Shown here: positions 38,174 through 48,433 of the stretch, one piece after another
Layout: each line of letters starts with the position of its first letter
Position numbering within the stretch: the stretch's first letter is position 1
Assembly: GCA_040182905.1 (NCBI GenBank)
Contig: JARQWU010000047.1
Span: 1-49,006 of the forward strand
Direction of reading: 5' to 3'
DNA from: Barthelona sp. PAP020
Lineage: Eukaryota
Length of the DNA stretch: 49,006 nucleotides
Translations under genes and position numbers: made by a program
The notes under the pieces: generated by a model
The model's database searches: none
Seen by the model: the letters and a program-made list of their open reading frames with translations, nothing else
What the model was told of the DNA's origin: nothing

Positions 38174-41100
38174 CTAAATGATACTCTCTTCTTCTGGATT
38201 GGTCATGGTGCTGTTTGAATTGGCTAAATTTGGAGATTTAAATGGAAAATTCATGTCTTCAAACGGTATCAACTGTTCCATTTCAATTGAAGGTGAATTT
38301 ACTTCCTCAGTGTTTCTTTTTGTTTCTTCTTCATATTCTGTATCATATTCTGTGATTTCATTAATTTCCACTAATTCTGCAAAATCATCAATTTTAAACG
38401 CTTCATTCTCTTGGTCTTCTTTTGTTTCTCTTTCTTCATCTTCTAAATCATCATTGTCAAACTCGTCATACATATCGTTGTCAACGTCATTATCCTCGTT
38501 GTCAAGGTCAGAAAGATCTAATTCTAAGACTTTTTTTCGCATAGGAGGAGGAGGTTCTGGAACTGCAATCAAAGGTAGATAAGAAATCATATCTTTCCTT
38601 TCATTGTGTTGAGGTTTATACAATAAATCCAAATTTAGCTCAGCCTCTTCCATGGAGGTTTTTTCATACAAAGGATTTAAATCAGGGAATAAAGGTTCTA
38701 AAGGTAAAACATCAGTTAATTCCGGTTCTTCAATCACTGCTCGAATAAATTCAGGAAGTTTGGGTTGATAATCAACGATTGAAGAACAATAAAAAACTCC
38801 ATCAAATAATTTGAATTGCATACAAACAGTATTGCATTCCAAAGGATAATTTTTTTTGATAAATCGTTCATTGTATGATTGAATATTTTTTAAATCCATT
38901 AAGCAATTGCAGATGGATGTATCTTCCTGGAAAATTCGATTTTTTTTAACAAATAGACAAACAAAATAAGAACTTGCCACATATTTTGGATTATCAAGGA
39001 ATTCCTGTACTTTCCTTTCACATTTACTGGTGTTGAAGATAGCACTGAAATTCTTGGTATAAAGTTTCGAGTTTCTGAAATCCAATGTGATAATTGGGGA
39101 TGTGAATAAACTTTCAACTTCAGAAGGCTCAAAATATGCCAAGTCGTTTACATCACCACCACAAGATTCATAGATGTTGAAATAAACATCAATTTTCATT
39201 TCAGTGATCGCTTTAAGAATAGGTTCATCAAATTTTCGACTCAAATCAACCTGTAAGAATCCCAGATGTGCTATGGCTCTGAAACCCAACATATTACTTA
39301 TCTGTTGAACACTCAAGATTTTGGCAGCCTCAATTGCCTTTGAATCAATAGTATCAGGGGCCCATTCTTCGATAGAAGCTACGTACTTCTTCAAAGCCAA
39401 CACATGATCATTTTGATTTTCTTTGTCAATAAATAACTGTTTTGCTATTCTTGTTTGTTCTTCAATGAAATGATCCAATATATCAATACGTTCTTCCAAA
39501 AAACCTATTTTAGTCATTTGAATATTGTTATGACGACGATATTTATCTGCTTGGTCGATTTGTTTATCAACTTCAATAACTAATTGCTCTCTAAATTTGT
39601 CGAAATATTGCCTAAATCTTGCAATAAGTGTATCTTTGAGATAAAACATCTGAGTCTTTAAATATCCGATTTCATCTTCAACTTTTTCATTGCTCAAGTT
39701 CAAAATTTTTTCCATTGCAAGATTGAATTCATGCTGAATCGGCTTAAAATTTTCTGTTAGACGATAATTTTCCTTGCTTAACACCTCAATACTTTTGTTT
39801 TTATTTTCAATTAATCTAGCAAGTTTCCTATATTTAATGGCATGACTTTTTTTCAATGCTGAGATTTGTTGCTCATATTCTTCAATCAATAAGTCCATTT
39901 TTGCTGACCAACCATCATCAATCTTTTCTACAACTTGTCTTTGTTGCTCTTCCATGTCGTTCTTCAAATTTCTAAACTTCTCTTGCAATTCCGTCACATA
40001 TTGTGTTAATCTTTCATTGTTTTTTTCAGCAAGATTCAAATTTAATTCTAATTGAGTGTTCTTCTTGTTTAAAACGTTGTTTTCTTTCAAAGTCATCTCA
40101 TTAGAATTCTGAATTTTGTCATTCTTTTCTTTCAACAATTCAATTTCCTTTTCAAAGCTCTTTACATCTTCTGATAGCTCTTGATTTACAGAAATAATAT
40201 TTGAGTGTTCAATTTTTAAATCTTTATATTGTTGTTCAACTATCTTCAACTCTTCATTTTTCTTTTCAATTTTCATGCACTTTTCAATGTATTTTTGTAT
40301 ATTTTGATAATTTTCAAAAAGTTTTGAATGTTTTTCTTCAAAATTATCCAACTCATTCTTCAATTTTTGTATTTCTTTCAAACAATCATTGTTCTCCTCT
40401 TCTTTTCTTCCAATGATTCTATTTAACATTTGAATTTCACTCTCATATTCATAAAATAATCGTTGAGTTTCAACATCTTTCTTATCTTCAACAACATTTG
40501 TTCTGGTAGGTACCTTCAACTTGGTATGATCTTTTGATAATGATACGCTTCTTGAAACTAGTTTATCATTTTCATGTCCATCAACATTGAATTTAAGTGT
40601 ATTGTCAAATTTAGCCTTCAAATAAGGTTTATCAGCTTGATTTTGTACATTTAAATTCATTTCTTTTTTATCACTATCTTTTGTTATATTAGCATTGACA
40701 ACATCGCCAGTTGAAACTGTACCTTCCTTTATTGTTTTAGAATCTTGAACATTTTGTGCAGATTGTAACAAAACATGAGTGAGAGTGCTGTCATTAGTAG
40801 TATCAACACATTTTTCAATTTCAACAATGTCTTCTTTTTCAATAACAGAAAAGCTCAAATCAACATTTAATTTTCCTCTAAAAATCCTTAAACAAAGATC
40901 AATAAAATCAATCACGCAAATTTCTCCTGAAATGTTGCTAATTTTTCCCAAAGTTTTTTCAATATCATTAGGACACATGTCTCCTAAAATCATTTGAGCA
41001 AATAACATGAAAAAATCGAGATCAAAAAAATCTTTGTACAAATAATGATGTTCTTTTGAATTTATTCTTTTACATTCTTGTAAAATTACAGTGCTAATAG

Positions 41101-41500
41101 ATGCTACAAAGTCAAATTCATTCAAAGATAAAGTATCAGACACAAAATAACAAAATAAATTTATTAATTTGTCGTGATCTCGAAAAACTCGCAAAGCACA
41201 ACAAAATTCATATAGACTTTGTTCAAATAAAATTTTATTGTCAGAAAATGCCTTTTGAAAAAAATCAAAAACAACATCAGATATTTTCAATTGTTTCTCA
41301 ATTGATTCATCGATGATTTCTGTGTAATTTTCTGTTCTGTATTGTAAAATTTGTTCAATTAACTTTCTTGTCCAATTTATCGTCTGTAATGAAGGTTGAA
41401 TTCGTTCAAGATATTTGCATTTCTTTAATATTTGTTCAAATGTAAATTTGTTTAAGATTTCATCTCTTGTTATGCATAATAAGTCAGTTTTCATGCTCAT
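38174..41500 (-). CDS. coiled-coil protein with N-terminal helical domain (loosely TSNAXIP1-like) and acidic C-terminus (1108 aa)
   Basis: Long ORF. WTRKLIEQI...FDFFQKAF...LYEFCCALRVFRDHDKLINLFCYF block, heptad region ~aa 345-700, PEPPPP and Asp/Glu tail. Family call tentative. Confidence 0.75.
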   Translation of the reverse strand: MSMKTDLLCITRDEILNKFTFEQILKKCKYLERIQPSLQTINWTRKLIEQILQYRTENYTEIIDESIEKQLKISDVVFDFFQKAFSDNKILFEQSLYEFCCALRVFRDHDKLINLFCYFVSDTLSLNEFDFVASISTVILQECKRINSKEHHYLYKDFFDLDFFMLFAQMILGDMCPNDIEKTLGKISNISGEICVIDFIDLCLRIFRGKLNVDLSFSVIEKEDIVEIEKCVDTTNDSTLTHVLLQSAQNVQDSKTIKEGTVSTGDVVNANITKDSDKKEMNLNVQNQADKPYLKAKFDNTLKFNVDGHENDKLVSRSVSLSKDHTKLKVPTRTNVVEDKKDVETQRLFYEYESEIQMLNRIIGRKEEENNDCLKEIQKLKNELDNFEEKHSKLFENYQNIQKYIEKCMKIEKKNEELKIVEQQYKDLKIEHSNIISVNQELSEDVKSFEKEIELLKEKNDKIQNSNEMTLKENNVLNKKNTQLELNLNLAEKNNERLTQYVTELQEKFRNLKNDMEEQQRQVVEKIDDGWSAKMDLLIEEYEQQISALKKSHAIKYRKLARLIENKNKSIEVLSKENYRLTENFKPIQHEFNLAMEKILNLSNEKVEDEIGYLKTQMFYLKDTLIARFRQYFDKFREQLVIEVDKQIDQADKYRRHNNIQMTKIGFLEERIDILDHFIEEQTRIAKQLFIDKENQNDHVLALKKYVASIEEWAPDTIDSKAIEAAKILSVQQISNMLGFRAIAHLGFLQVDLSRKFDEPILKAITEMKIDVYFNIYESCGGDVNDLAYFEPSEVESLFTSPIITLDFRNSKLYTKNFSAIFNTSKCERKVQEFLDNPKYVASSYFVCLFVKKNRIFQEDTSICNCLMDLKNIQSYNERFIKKNYPLECNTVCMQFKLFDGVFYCSSIVDYQPKLPEFIRAVIEEPELTDVLPLEPLFPDLNPLYEKTSMEEAELNLDLLYKPQHNERKDMISYLPLIAVPEPPPPMRKKVLELDLSDLDNEDNDVDNDMYDEFDNDDLEDEERETKEDQENEAFKIDDFAELVEINEITEYDTEYEEETKRNTEEVNSPSIEMEQLIPFEDMNFPFKSPNLANSNSTMTNPEEESII

Positions 41501-41629
41501 AAATAAATGTAAATCAAAAAAAATTTCTTCTTTCTCTCTTTTTTAACCCAAATTGAAAAACTCTCAAAACTAATGTTTCATTTCAAAAAAAAAACATAAA
41601 TAAATAAACCTTTTACCTCAACAAATACA

Positions 41630-42505
41630 TCATTCATTGTCAACTGGCTCAGCTTCAACATTCTGTTCAGTCTCAACGATTTCTTCCATTTCTTGAACTT
41701 CTTGAACTGCTTCTTCAACTGTTTCTTGAACTTCTTGAACTTCTGATTCAGTTTCAACAAGCGTTTCTTCAACAATTTCTTTGGGATCTTCAGTGGCTTC
41801 CTCTTTTATTTCTTCATCTTCAGTTTCATCTTTAAATATACTAGCGATTAAAGACATGGTTTCACGTCTTTCAGCCAATTTCATTCTTTTAGAAGAAATA
41901 AATTCACCCTTAAGATGAGCTTGAAGAAGATTATTGATAGAAGGCAACCAACCTTTAATATCAACTCCAGATTTTTTAAATAAAGATAAAAGGGTGAATA
42001 AATGTTTTGGGTGACCATGGGCGTATTCAACACAAATTTTTTCTTCAGAATCTTTGACAGAAGGATCAATTCCTGAATTCAACAAAGCCTTAATAATGTC
42101 ATAACGATAATTAGCACAAGCAATATGGAATAATCCAGAATTATTGTTGGCAAGATGATTGAGATCAACACCACGTTGTTTTAACATTTCTAATGTGTCA
42201 ACATCATCAGCATTTTCAACTAAATAAAAGGCAGCATTCCAACCTCTTGAATCTAAAACGTTAAAATCAATACTTTCACAGAGTGATAATTTTTGTAAAC
42301 AGGTCTTTTGATTTGCTTTAGCTAAAACATGCAAAGGTTTCATACCATCCTTTCCAAATGTACTTTCAAAATCAACATTCTGATTTAAAATTTCACCACT
42401 TTCAGAAATAATCTTTGATAAATGTTTGGACCATATTCTACTATCTTCTTCATTAATCAAAGTAGGAACATTGATAACATGAAAGAAAGACACCTTTTCA
42501 CTCAT
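41630..42505 (-). CDS. ankyrin-repeat protein with Glu/Val-rich acidic tail (291 aa)
   Basis: GMKPLHVLA, DSRGWNAAFY, GVDLNH, LFHIAC...IIKALLNSGIDP; the tail has repeated EVQE/VETE. Confidence 0.88.
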   Translation of the reverse strand: MSEKVSFFHVINVPTLINEEDSRIWSKHLSKIISESGEILNQNVDFESTFGKDGMKPLHVLAKANQKTCLQKLSLCESIDFNVLDSRGWNAAFYLVENADDVDTLEMLKQRGVDLNHLANNNSGLFHIACANYRYDIIKALLNSGIDPSVKDSEEKICVEYAHGHPKHLFTLLSLFKKSGVDIKGWLPSINNLLQAHLKGEFISSKRMKLAERRETMSLIASIFKDETEDEEIKEEATEDPKEIVEETLVETESEVQEVQETVEEAVQEVQEMEEIVETEQNVEAEPVDNE

Positions 42506-42745
42506 TATTTAAGGTAAAAAAAATTGTTTTTTTTTTTCCCTTTTTTCCTTCGGTCAAGATTGAATCAAATTTTTTTCTTTTCTTCAATTCATTGATAAGT
42601 TATTTGCATATAAAAACATTCTCGAACAAAAAATTCAACTGAATAAACAGGAATTGCTTTCTTTTCTTTTTTTTTTGAGAAAAATTTTACAATTCATTTT
42701 TCTCCTTTAAATACGGTAGTACGACCGACAAAAAGATTTTCCCCC

Positions 42746-44236
42746 ATGGCTCTTGACCCTACGATTGGAGATCCATATCAAACTGAAATTTCAATTGAAT
42801 TAAATGAAAAGTACAGTAATACTGTTAACGGTAACAATAACAACAGCAAAAAAAGAGTAGATTGGGTTGATTGGTACAGAATCATCCTCAATCATCTTGT
42901 TGTTTTTGGACATTGGTTTCGATTTTTTGATCGGCATTTTGATGTGATTAAATTACATAATGGTGAAGTTGCACCACATATTGAGGTAATGATGATGATA
43001 GGACATGCTTTTTTAATGTTAAGTTTCTTTTTTGTGTCAGGTGTGTCATTAACTTTGATGTCAAAGAGTAAAAAGTCATACTTCAAGTTATTTTCTTCCA
43101 GATTTATTAGATTATCTGTTCCTTTAATTGGAGGATTTTTGTTAATGGTTATTCCATCCAAGTATTTACAAAGAAATATGGAAGTGCAGTGTCCTGCTGC
43201 TCCTTACGCTGCTCCTGATAATGTGTTTGGATATTATTTTTTCTATTTTCGATACTGTATGGTATCTCAAGGATTGAATTGGCTGTGGTTTTTACCCATG
43301 TTATTTCTTGACACGGCATTATACTTTCCACTAGTTTACAGATCAATGAAAAATCTTCACGAGGAACGGAATCTTGGTAAGACATTTATTTTGTTCATCT
43401 CTTACCTTTTGGCTTTTTCATTGGTTTATTTGTTTATTCATACACCATACACAGTTTTGATTGCAGACTTTATTCTTTTTTCAGTTCTTTGTTGGTTGTC
43501 CTATTTTTATCAATATTTAAACAAATATGTGGTGGGCATTATTGCTTTGTTGTCTTCTTTCATGCCACATATCATTTTAAACATGAAGTTATGTTCACCA
43601 CCGAATGAAATGAATTTATGCAATTTGATCAGAGTTGCAGCTGGTTTCAATGATGCTATGATGGCTGGTGCTATTTTTTGGATGTATAAAGATGAAATTT
43701 TTGATTTGTGGGATGTAATTAAGAGATTTGTCATCCCAGTTATGCCTATTGTACTTATGCTTTCTGGTGGACTAATTTTGCCAATGCAAAGTGGTGAACC
43801 AAATAATTATGACTTAACTATTGGTATTTATGCTACATACACAGAAAATCAAACTTGGAGAATCAATTATTCTTGTTTCGGTATCACTCTAGTAATATTC
43901 CTCTTTTTAATCATGCAAAAAGGTGTCCCTGGATTTTATTACAACATATTGGGAGATTATTTGCAAAGAACTGGTGTTGGTGTCTATATTGTTCATCCAA
44001 TGTGTCAAGTAACAATGGCCGTAATTTTGAAAAAGTTTAACTTAACTTTTACCCAAAACTTTGTATGGATGGGTGTAGCATCTTTTGGCTTCACACATTT
44101 ATTGTTATTCCTTGTTCAGTTTGTTCCCGGTCTAAGATATTGTCTTGGTGTTATGGGTCCCGGTGAATTGGAGGTTAAACAAAGTTTGAAAATTGAAGAA
44201 AAAAGCAAAGAACCTCATTTTGCGACTGAAATTTAA
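42746..44236 (+). CDS. acyltransferase-3 family membrane O-acyltransferase (OpgC/MdoC-like) (496 aa)
   Basis: AT3 motifs RVDWVDWYR..LVVFGH (R-x10-H), FFFVSG, RFIRLSVP, LWFL, YIVH; roughly 10-12 hydrophobic segments. Confidence 0.85.
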   Translation: MALDPTIGDPYQTEISIELNEKYSNTVNGNNNNSKKRVDWVDWYRIILNHLVVFGHWFRFFDRHFDVIKLHNGEVAPHIEVMMMIGHAFLMLSFFFVSGVSLTLMSKSKKSYFKLFSSRFIRLSVPLIGGFLLMVIPSKYLQRNMEVQCPAAPYAAPDNVFGYYFFYFRYCMVSQGLNWLWFLPMLFLDTALYFPLVYRSMKNLHEERNLGKTFILFISYLLAFSLVYLFIHTPYTVLIADFILFSVLCWLSYFYQYLNKYVVGIIALLSSFMPHIILNMKLCSPPNEMNLCNLIRVAAGFNDAMMAGAIFWMYKDEIFDLWDVIKRFVIPVMPIVLMLSGGLILPMQSGEPNNYDLTIGIYATYTENQTWRINYSCFGITLVIFLFLIMQKGVPGFYYNILGDYLQRTGVGVYIVHPMCQVTMAVILKKFNLTFTQNFVWMGVASFGFTHLLLFLVQFVPGLRYCLGVMGPGELEVKQSLKIEEKSKEPHFATEI

Positions 44237-44616
44237 AAACTTATATTTTAAACCTGTTGATTTTGACAATAAACTATCATCTTTTTTTTTCTTGTATTTT
44301 GATAGGGATTAAAATATTAACATTGAAGAAACGAAAGGAAACCGTCCACTTCAAGTCTAAAAAAGTTGGGAGAACTTTTCAATAAAATACAAAAAAAAAA
44401 AATAAAAACTGGAAATATATCCAATTGAGCTTTTATAAATCTAAGTTATACTCAAAGCATATGAAGAAATACGATCTTTAAACTGTAGTTGAGAATATTA
44501 AGATCAACTTGCAAACGGTGACGATTCTGTGTAAAAGAAGTAATTCTTAATTGCAAATTGTTGAATTGTACTGAACACACGTCATTAAAAATAAATGAAA
44601 ATTACCCTTAATCAAA

Positions 44617-45384
44617 TCAAATCCTCCTTAAATCGCTAATTTTCTCAAGACTATTTGAAATTTTTTCTAAATATTGAACAGTTTTTGATAAAGATGGTAA
44701 ATAAATAACTGAATCATCATTAACATACTTTTCCATGTCCAATCTTTTAAGTTCGAACTTTTTCAAATCGTTCTCAGATTTCTTCAATCTTTCTTCAATA
44801 TTCTCCATCTGCAAAAATTGAAATTGATTATTTGGCTTTTTTAACAAAGGAATTGATTTTTGAACATATAAATTTCTCTTTATTTCTTCAAAATCACTAG
44901 AAATCATTTTATTCAATAGATTCACTTGTGTCCTCAATTTTTCGTTTTTCTCTTTGATACAATCAATCTTTTTTTTTACTTTTAAGGCTTCTCTTTGAAT
45001 TTTTTTGAATTTGTTGTATCTTCGCCATCTTTGAATTTGAGCTTTTGCATGTAATCCAACCTTTTGTTTCATCAAGTGATCATAATGCCATCTTGCTAAA
45101 TATCGTAATTTTCTTTCATTTCGTTCAGCTTGATGATTTTCCATTCTTTTAATGGCTTCTAAAGTTTCTGACCACCAATTTGAATCTAATTGTAATTTTT
45201 CAAGCGTTAAAACATTCTCTTTACTCAATTGAACTTGAGTTTTTAATTCATGTTCCATGAAAGAAATACGATTTTGTAATCGAGAATTTTCTTCAACCAA
45301 ATTCTTATTCTTCTCTAATAAATTAATAACTTCTCTTCCTAATTGTAGTAACGTCTCATTGGTGTCAATCGATTCTTGATTCAT
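44617..45384 (-). CDS. small coiled-coil protein with a possible IQ-like motif (255 aa)
   Basis: Heptad-rich ORF; AKAQIQRWRRYNKFKK. Confidence 0.75.
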   Translation of the reverse strand: MNQESIDTNETLLQLGREVINLLEKNKNLVEENSRLQNRISFMEHELKTQVQLSKENVLTLEKLQLDSNWWSETLEAIKRMENHQAERNERKLRYLARWHYDHLMKQKVGLHAKAQIQRWRRYNKFKKIQREALKVKKKIDCIKEKNEKLRTQVNLLNKMISSDFEEIKRNLYVQKSIPLLKKPNNQFQFLQMENIEERLKKSENDLKKFELKRLDMEKYVNDDSVIYLPSLSKTVQYLEKISNSLEKISDLRRI

Positions 45385-45799
45385 TAATTACTATATGAGT
45401 TACAAAACATTTCATCATTATTAATGTTACGAACCAAATGAAAATAAAGGAATAAAGGAATAATTTCATTTTTAATAACTTTTTGACCTTGTATTAATTT
45501 CAATTCAACTACTAACTTTACAATTTCTATAATATTATCATTCGATATTATTCTAAATCAAATTAAACATTATTCTTGAATCTTCATTTCATTTTGGATG
45601 TCATAAAACAATTAAACAATGAAATTCAATTCAATCCATTTTTGAAATCTCTTTTTGATTTCATTTAATTGTACTCTTTTTAACAATTGTTTGATTCAAT
45701 CAAATCAATAAACTATTTTCCTTCATTTGAGTTTGTATAAAAACAACACTTTTTTGAAGTTTTTTTTTTTTAAAACCTTTAAAAAATTGAATTGATGAT

Positions 45800-48124
45800 A
45801 TGAGGGATTTATCTGATGAGTTTAGTTTTAATTCAAAGGATTGGCAATTGGTTCCATTGGGTGTAAGAAGTACTATCGAAAAAATGATTAATGAAATGAG
45901 TTCTGTTGATTTTCAATTGACCGAATGGAGAGATCCTCAAAGTAGTCCAAACCCTAACATACAAAATCTTGCAAAAATGATAGGACAGAGTTTAACGTTT
46001 TTTAGTTTATTATCCAACACATTATTGGCCAGATTAAATTCCACGCATGAAGTTTTATCTTCAAAAATTGATTGTGTTGTTCAACATGTTGCAAATGAAG
46101 ATTATGGTTTGAAAGAATCTTTGTCTTCTCTGGAAACAGATTTAAATTCTCATTTATCTGTAATAAAAGAGATATTAGGTGATATTCAAGTGATTGAAGA
46201 TGGTGGATATCAATATCTACAGATACAAAAACAAAGAAACAGTTCTTCAAAACAATTGGAACAAAGTAGTGGAAATGATCCCACAACAGGGAAAACTAAA
46301 TTGGATAATATGGCTTCAATGGATATAACCACGTTGCCGAGTCCTTTTGTAATTAAAAGTTTAAAGGATGGGAATGTTTCATCAGTTGTTGATTCTGTGA
46401 AAGATAATTCTGTGTATTATGATCATCAAGTCAGTAGAATTCCTTCTGATAAAAGAAGATTAGACATCATTCGTACAACACCTTTTGAGCCTGATACCAA
46501 TCATGCCAAGGAAACAACACAAAACATTTACATTGTCAAAGAACCACATATTAGCACATTAGATTTGGTTGAACAAATTGGAGAACTTCAAACAAAGATA
46601 CATTTACTCAATAAAGCCACACATAACAATGGTGATCGATTATTTGACATGGGAAACATATTAGCTGGATTATCGAAGTCAACAAATGCTTTACATAATC
46701 AAGCACAGATGCTGACATCCTCAATGGATGCTTTAAATACAACTGTACCGACTATGAATGATCAAATGAACAATTTACAAACGACTGTTGGTGAAGTCAC
46801 AGATTTTGTAAATGCCAAGGACAAAATGGTGAATGAAAATTTAAAACGTTTTGGAAAAGTCTATGATTCCAAGTTGCAAAATCTCACTTCAGAAATAAAC
46901 GGTGTTTATGCGAATTTTGATAATTTGCTTGACAATCTATATTCAAAAGTTGTTAAAGATGTGGAGGGGTTGGATATTGAAGGGTTGAAGGCTATTATAA
47001 ATGAAACTTTGAATACAACTAAAGACTTAAAAATTGAGATGGAGGAAGATTTTGAAAAGCGGGATAAAGCCATTGACAGTATGAGTTTAAGGCTTCTGGC
47101 AACTGAACGTGAACTCTCCAGATTAAATAACGATTTGAAAGGGATGGTTTTTGAAACAAATACTGAATTGAAACAAATCTTTACTTCAAGAGCCGCAACA
47201 TTGGATAAAAGATTATCTGAACTCGAAACCGTCACTGATAATCACGTGAAGGCTTTATATCAAACGACATCGGAACACACAGATGATTTGTCGTCATTGA
47301 AGAATCAAACTGTTGAGTTAGAAAAAATTGATGCATATGCTAGCAAGCGATTAGCAACATTAGAGAAATTTTCAAAGAAATTATCAGATGACATAGATGA
47401 TAATCGTTTCCATTCCGAACAGAATGAAAATCGTTTATTACAAGTGGAAGCTTCATTATCTACATATTCCATTGACGTGGGTAGATTGAACCAGACTTTG
47501 AAATCACAATTACAAACATTAAATCGAGATTTTGATCGCATAAAAACTGATTTTACTAAAGGTCAAACAGCTTTGAAAGATTCTGTTTCTTCATTTGAGA
47601 TAGAGTTGAACGCTTTATCTAATACTGTTAAACCTGTATCAGAAGCACGTATTTTTACTATTGAAAAGAAATTAGCAATTGAAAGTCAAATGCGAGAAGA
47701 ATTGAGTGATTCCATTGGAAATGAGATTGATCAAATTCAAACTAACATGCAAACTATTGCTAAAACAATAAAATCTCCACTGGCTAAATCGATGATTCCT
47801 AAAATAGGCACCAAGACTATTGAGATTCCTTCACATTTTGATGATATCCCTCCACCACCTGAATCTGATCGTGCTTTGAGGAGTGGCAGAATCAATTCTC
47901 CCAAAGATAAGGACAGATTGAAAATGAAAATTTCTGAAACTGATGATATTGTCATTAGAGCAGTTGATGCTTCACAATTGTTGGAAAGAAATAAACAGGA
48001 CCAAAGAGACAGAACACTGTTTTTTAACCAAATTGATAGTCCTCATTCAATAAATAAAACAGAAGCTCAAACCACGCAATTACAACATGCACAAGCTTCT
48101 GAAGGTTATTTAACCCCAAGATAA
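45800..48124 (+). CDS. coiled-coil protein, possibly cytoskeletal (774 aa)
   Basis: Long ORF. Heptads at ~aa 255-660 and a Pro/Ser-rich tail. No family recognised. Confidence 0.8.
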   Translation: MRDLSDEFSFNSKDWQLVPLGVRSTIEKMINEMSSVDFQLTEWRDPQSSPNPNIQNLAKMIGQSLTFFSLLSNTLLARLNSTHEVLSSKIDCVVQHVANEDYGLKESLSSLETDLNSHLSVIKEILGDIQVIEDGGYQYLQIQKQRNSSSKQLEQSSGNDPTTGKTKLDNMASMDITTLPSPFVIKSLKDGNVSSVVDSVKDNSVYYDHQVSRIPSDKRRLDIIRTTPFEPDTNHAKETTQNIYIVKEPHISTLDLVEQIGELQTKIHLLNKATHNNGDRLFDMGNILAGLSKSTNALHNQAQMLTSSMDALNTTVPTMNDQMNNLQTTVGEVTDFVNAKDKMVNENLKRFGKVYDSKLQNLTSEINGVYANFDNLLDNLYSKVVKDVEGLDIEGLKAIINETLNTTKDLKIEMEEDFEKRDKAIDSMSLRLLATERELSRLNNDLKGMVFETNTELKQIFTSRAATLDKRLSELETVTDNHVKALYQTTSEHTDDLSSLKNQTVELEKIDAYASKRLATLEKFSKKLSDDIDDNRFHSEQNENRLLQVEASLSTYSIDVGRLNQTLKSQLQTLNRDFDRIKTDFTKGQTALKDSVSSFEIELNALSNTVKPVSEARIFTIEKKLAIESQMREELSDSIGNEIDQIQTNMQTIAKTIKSPLAKSMIPKIGTKTIEIPSHFDDIPPPPESDRALRSGRINSPKDKDRLKMKISETDDIVIRAVDASQLLERNKQDQRDRTLFFNQIDSPHSINKTEAQTTQLQHAQASEGYLTPR

Positions 48125-48433
48125 TTCATGCTGAAAGAAACTGAAAAAAAAATTTTTTTTTTTTTGATGATAGAATCAGGGTGAACTTTTTAGGTTGTAG
48201 ACAATTGTAAAACAAAAATTCTTTTTTATTCATTTATAACACCTTGTTGCTTGAAATTCACAATAAAATTTATAATAATAATTTCTTTTCAAATTTTCAC
48301 ATAGCTATCAATAAACAAATCAAGCAAAACATATTTTAATAATGATCAACAAAGGATATGTATTTATTAAATCAGAAAAGAAATCCCAACTTTGTGAAAA
48401 GACAATATTATTTGTTTGAATTTTTAAAATTGA

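Noticed and set aside
2619..47955. Many 60-150-aa ORFs antisense to or frame-shifted within the long genes
   Set aside because: Shadow ORFs expected from biased codon usage in coiled-coil and Cys-repeat genes.
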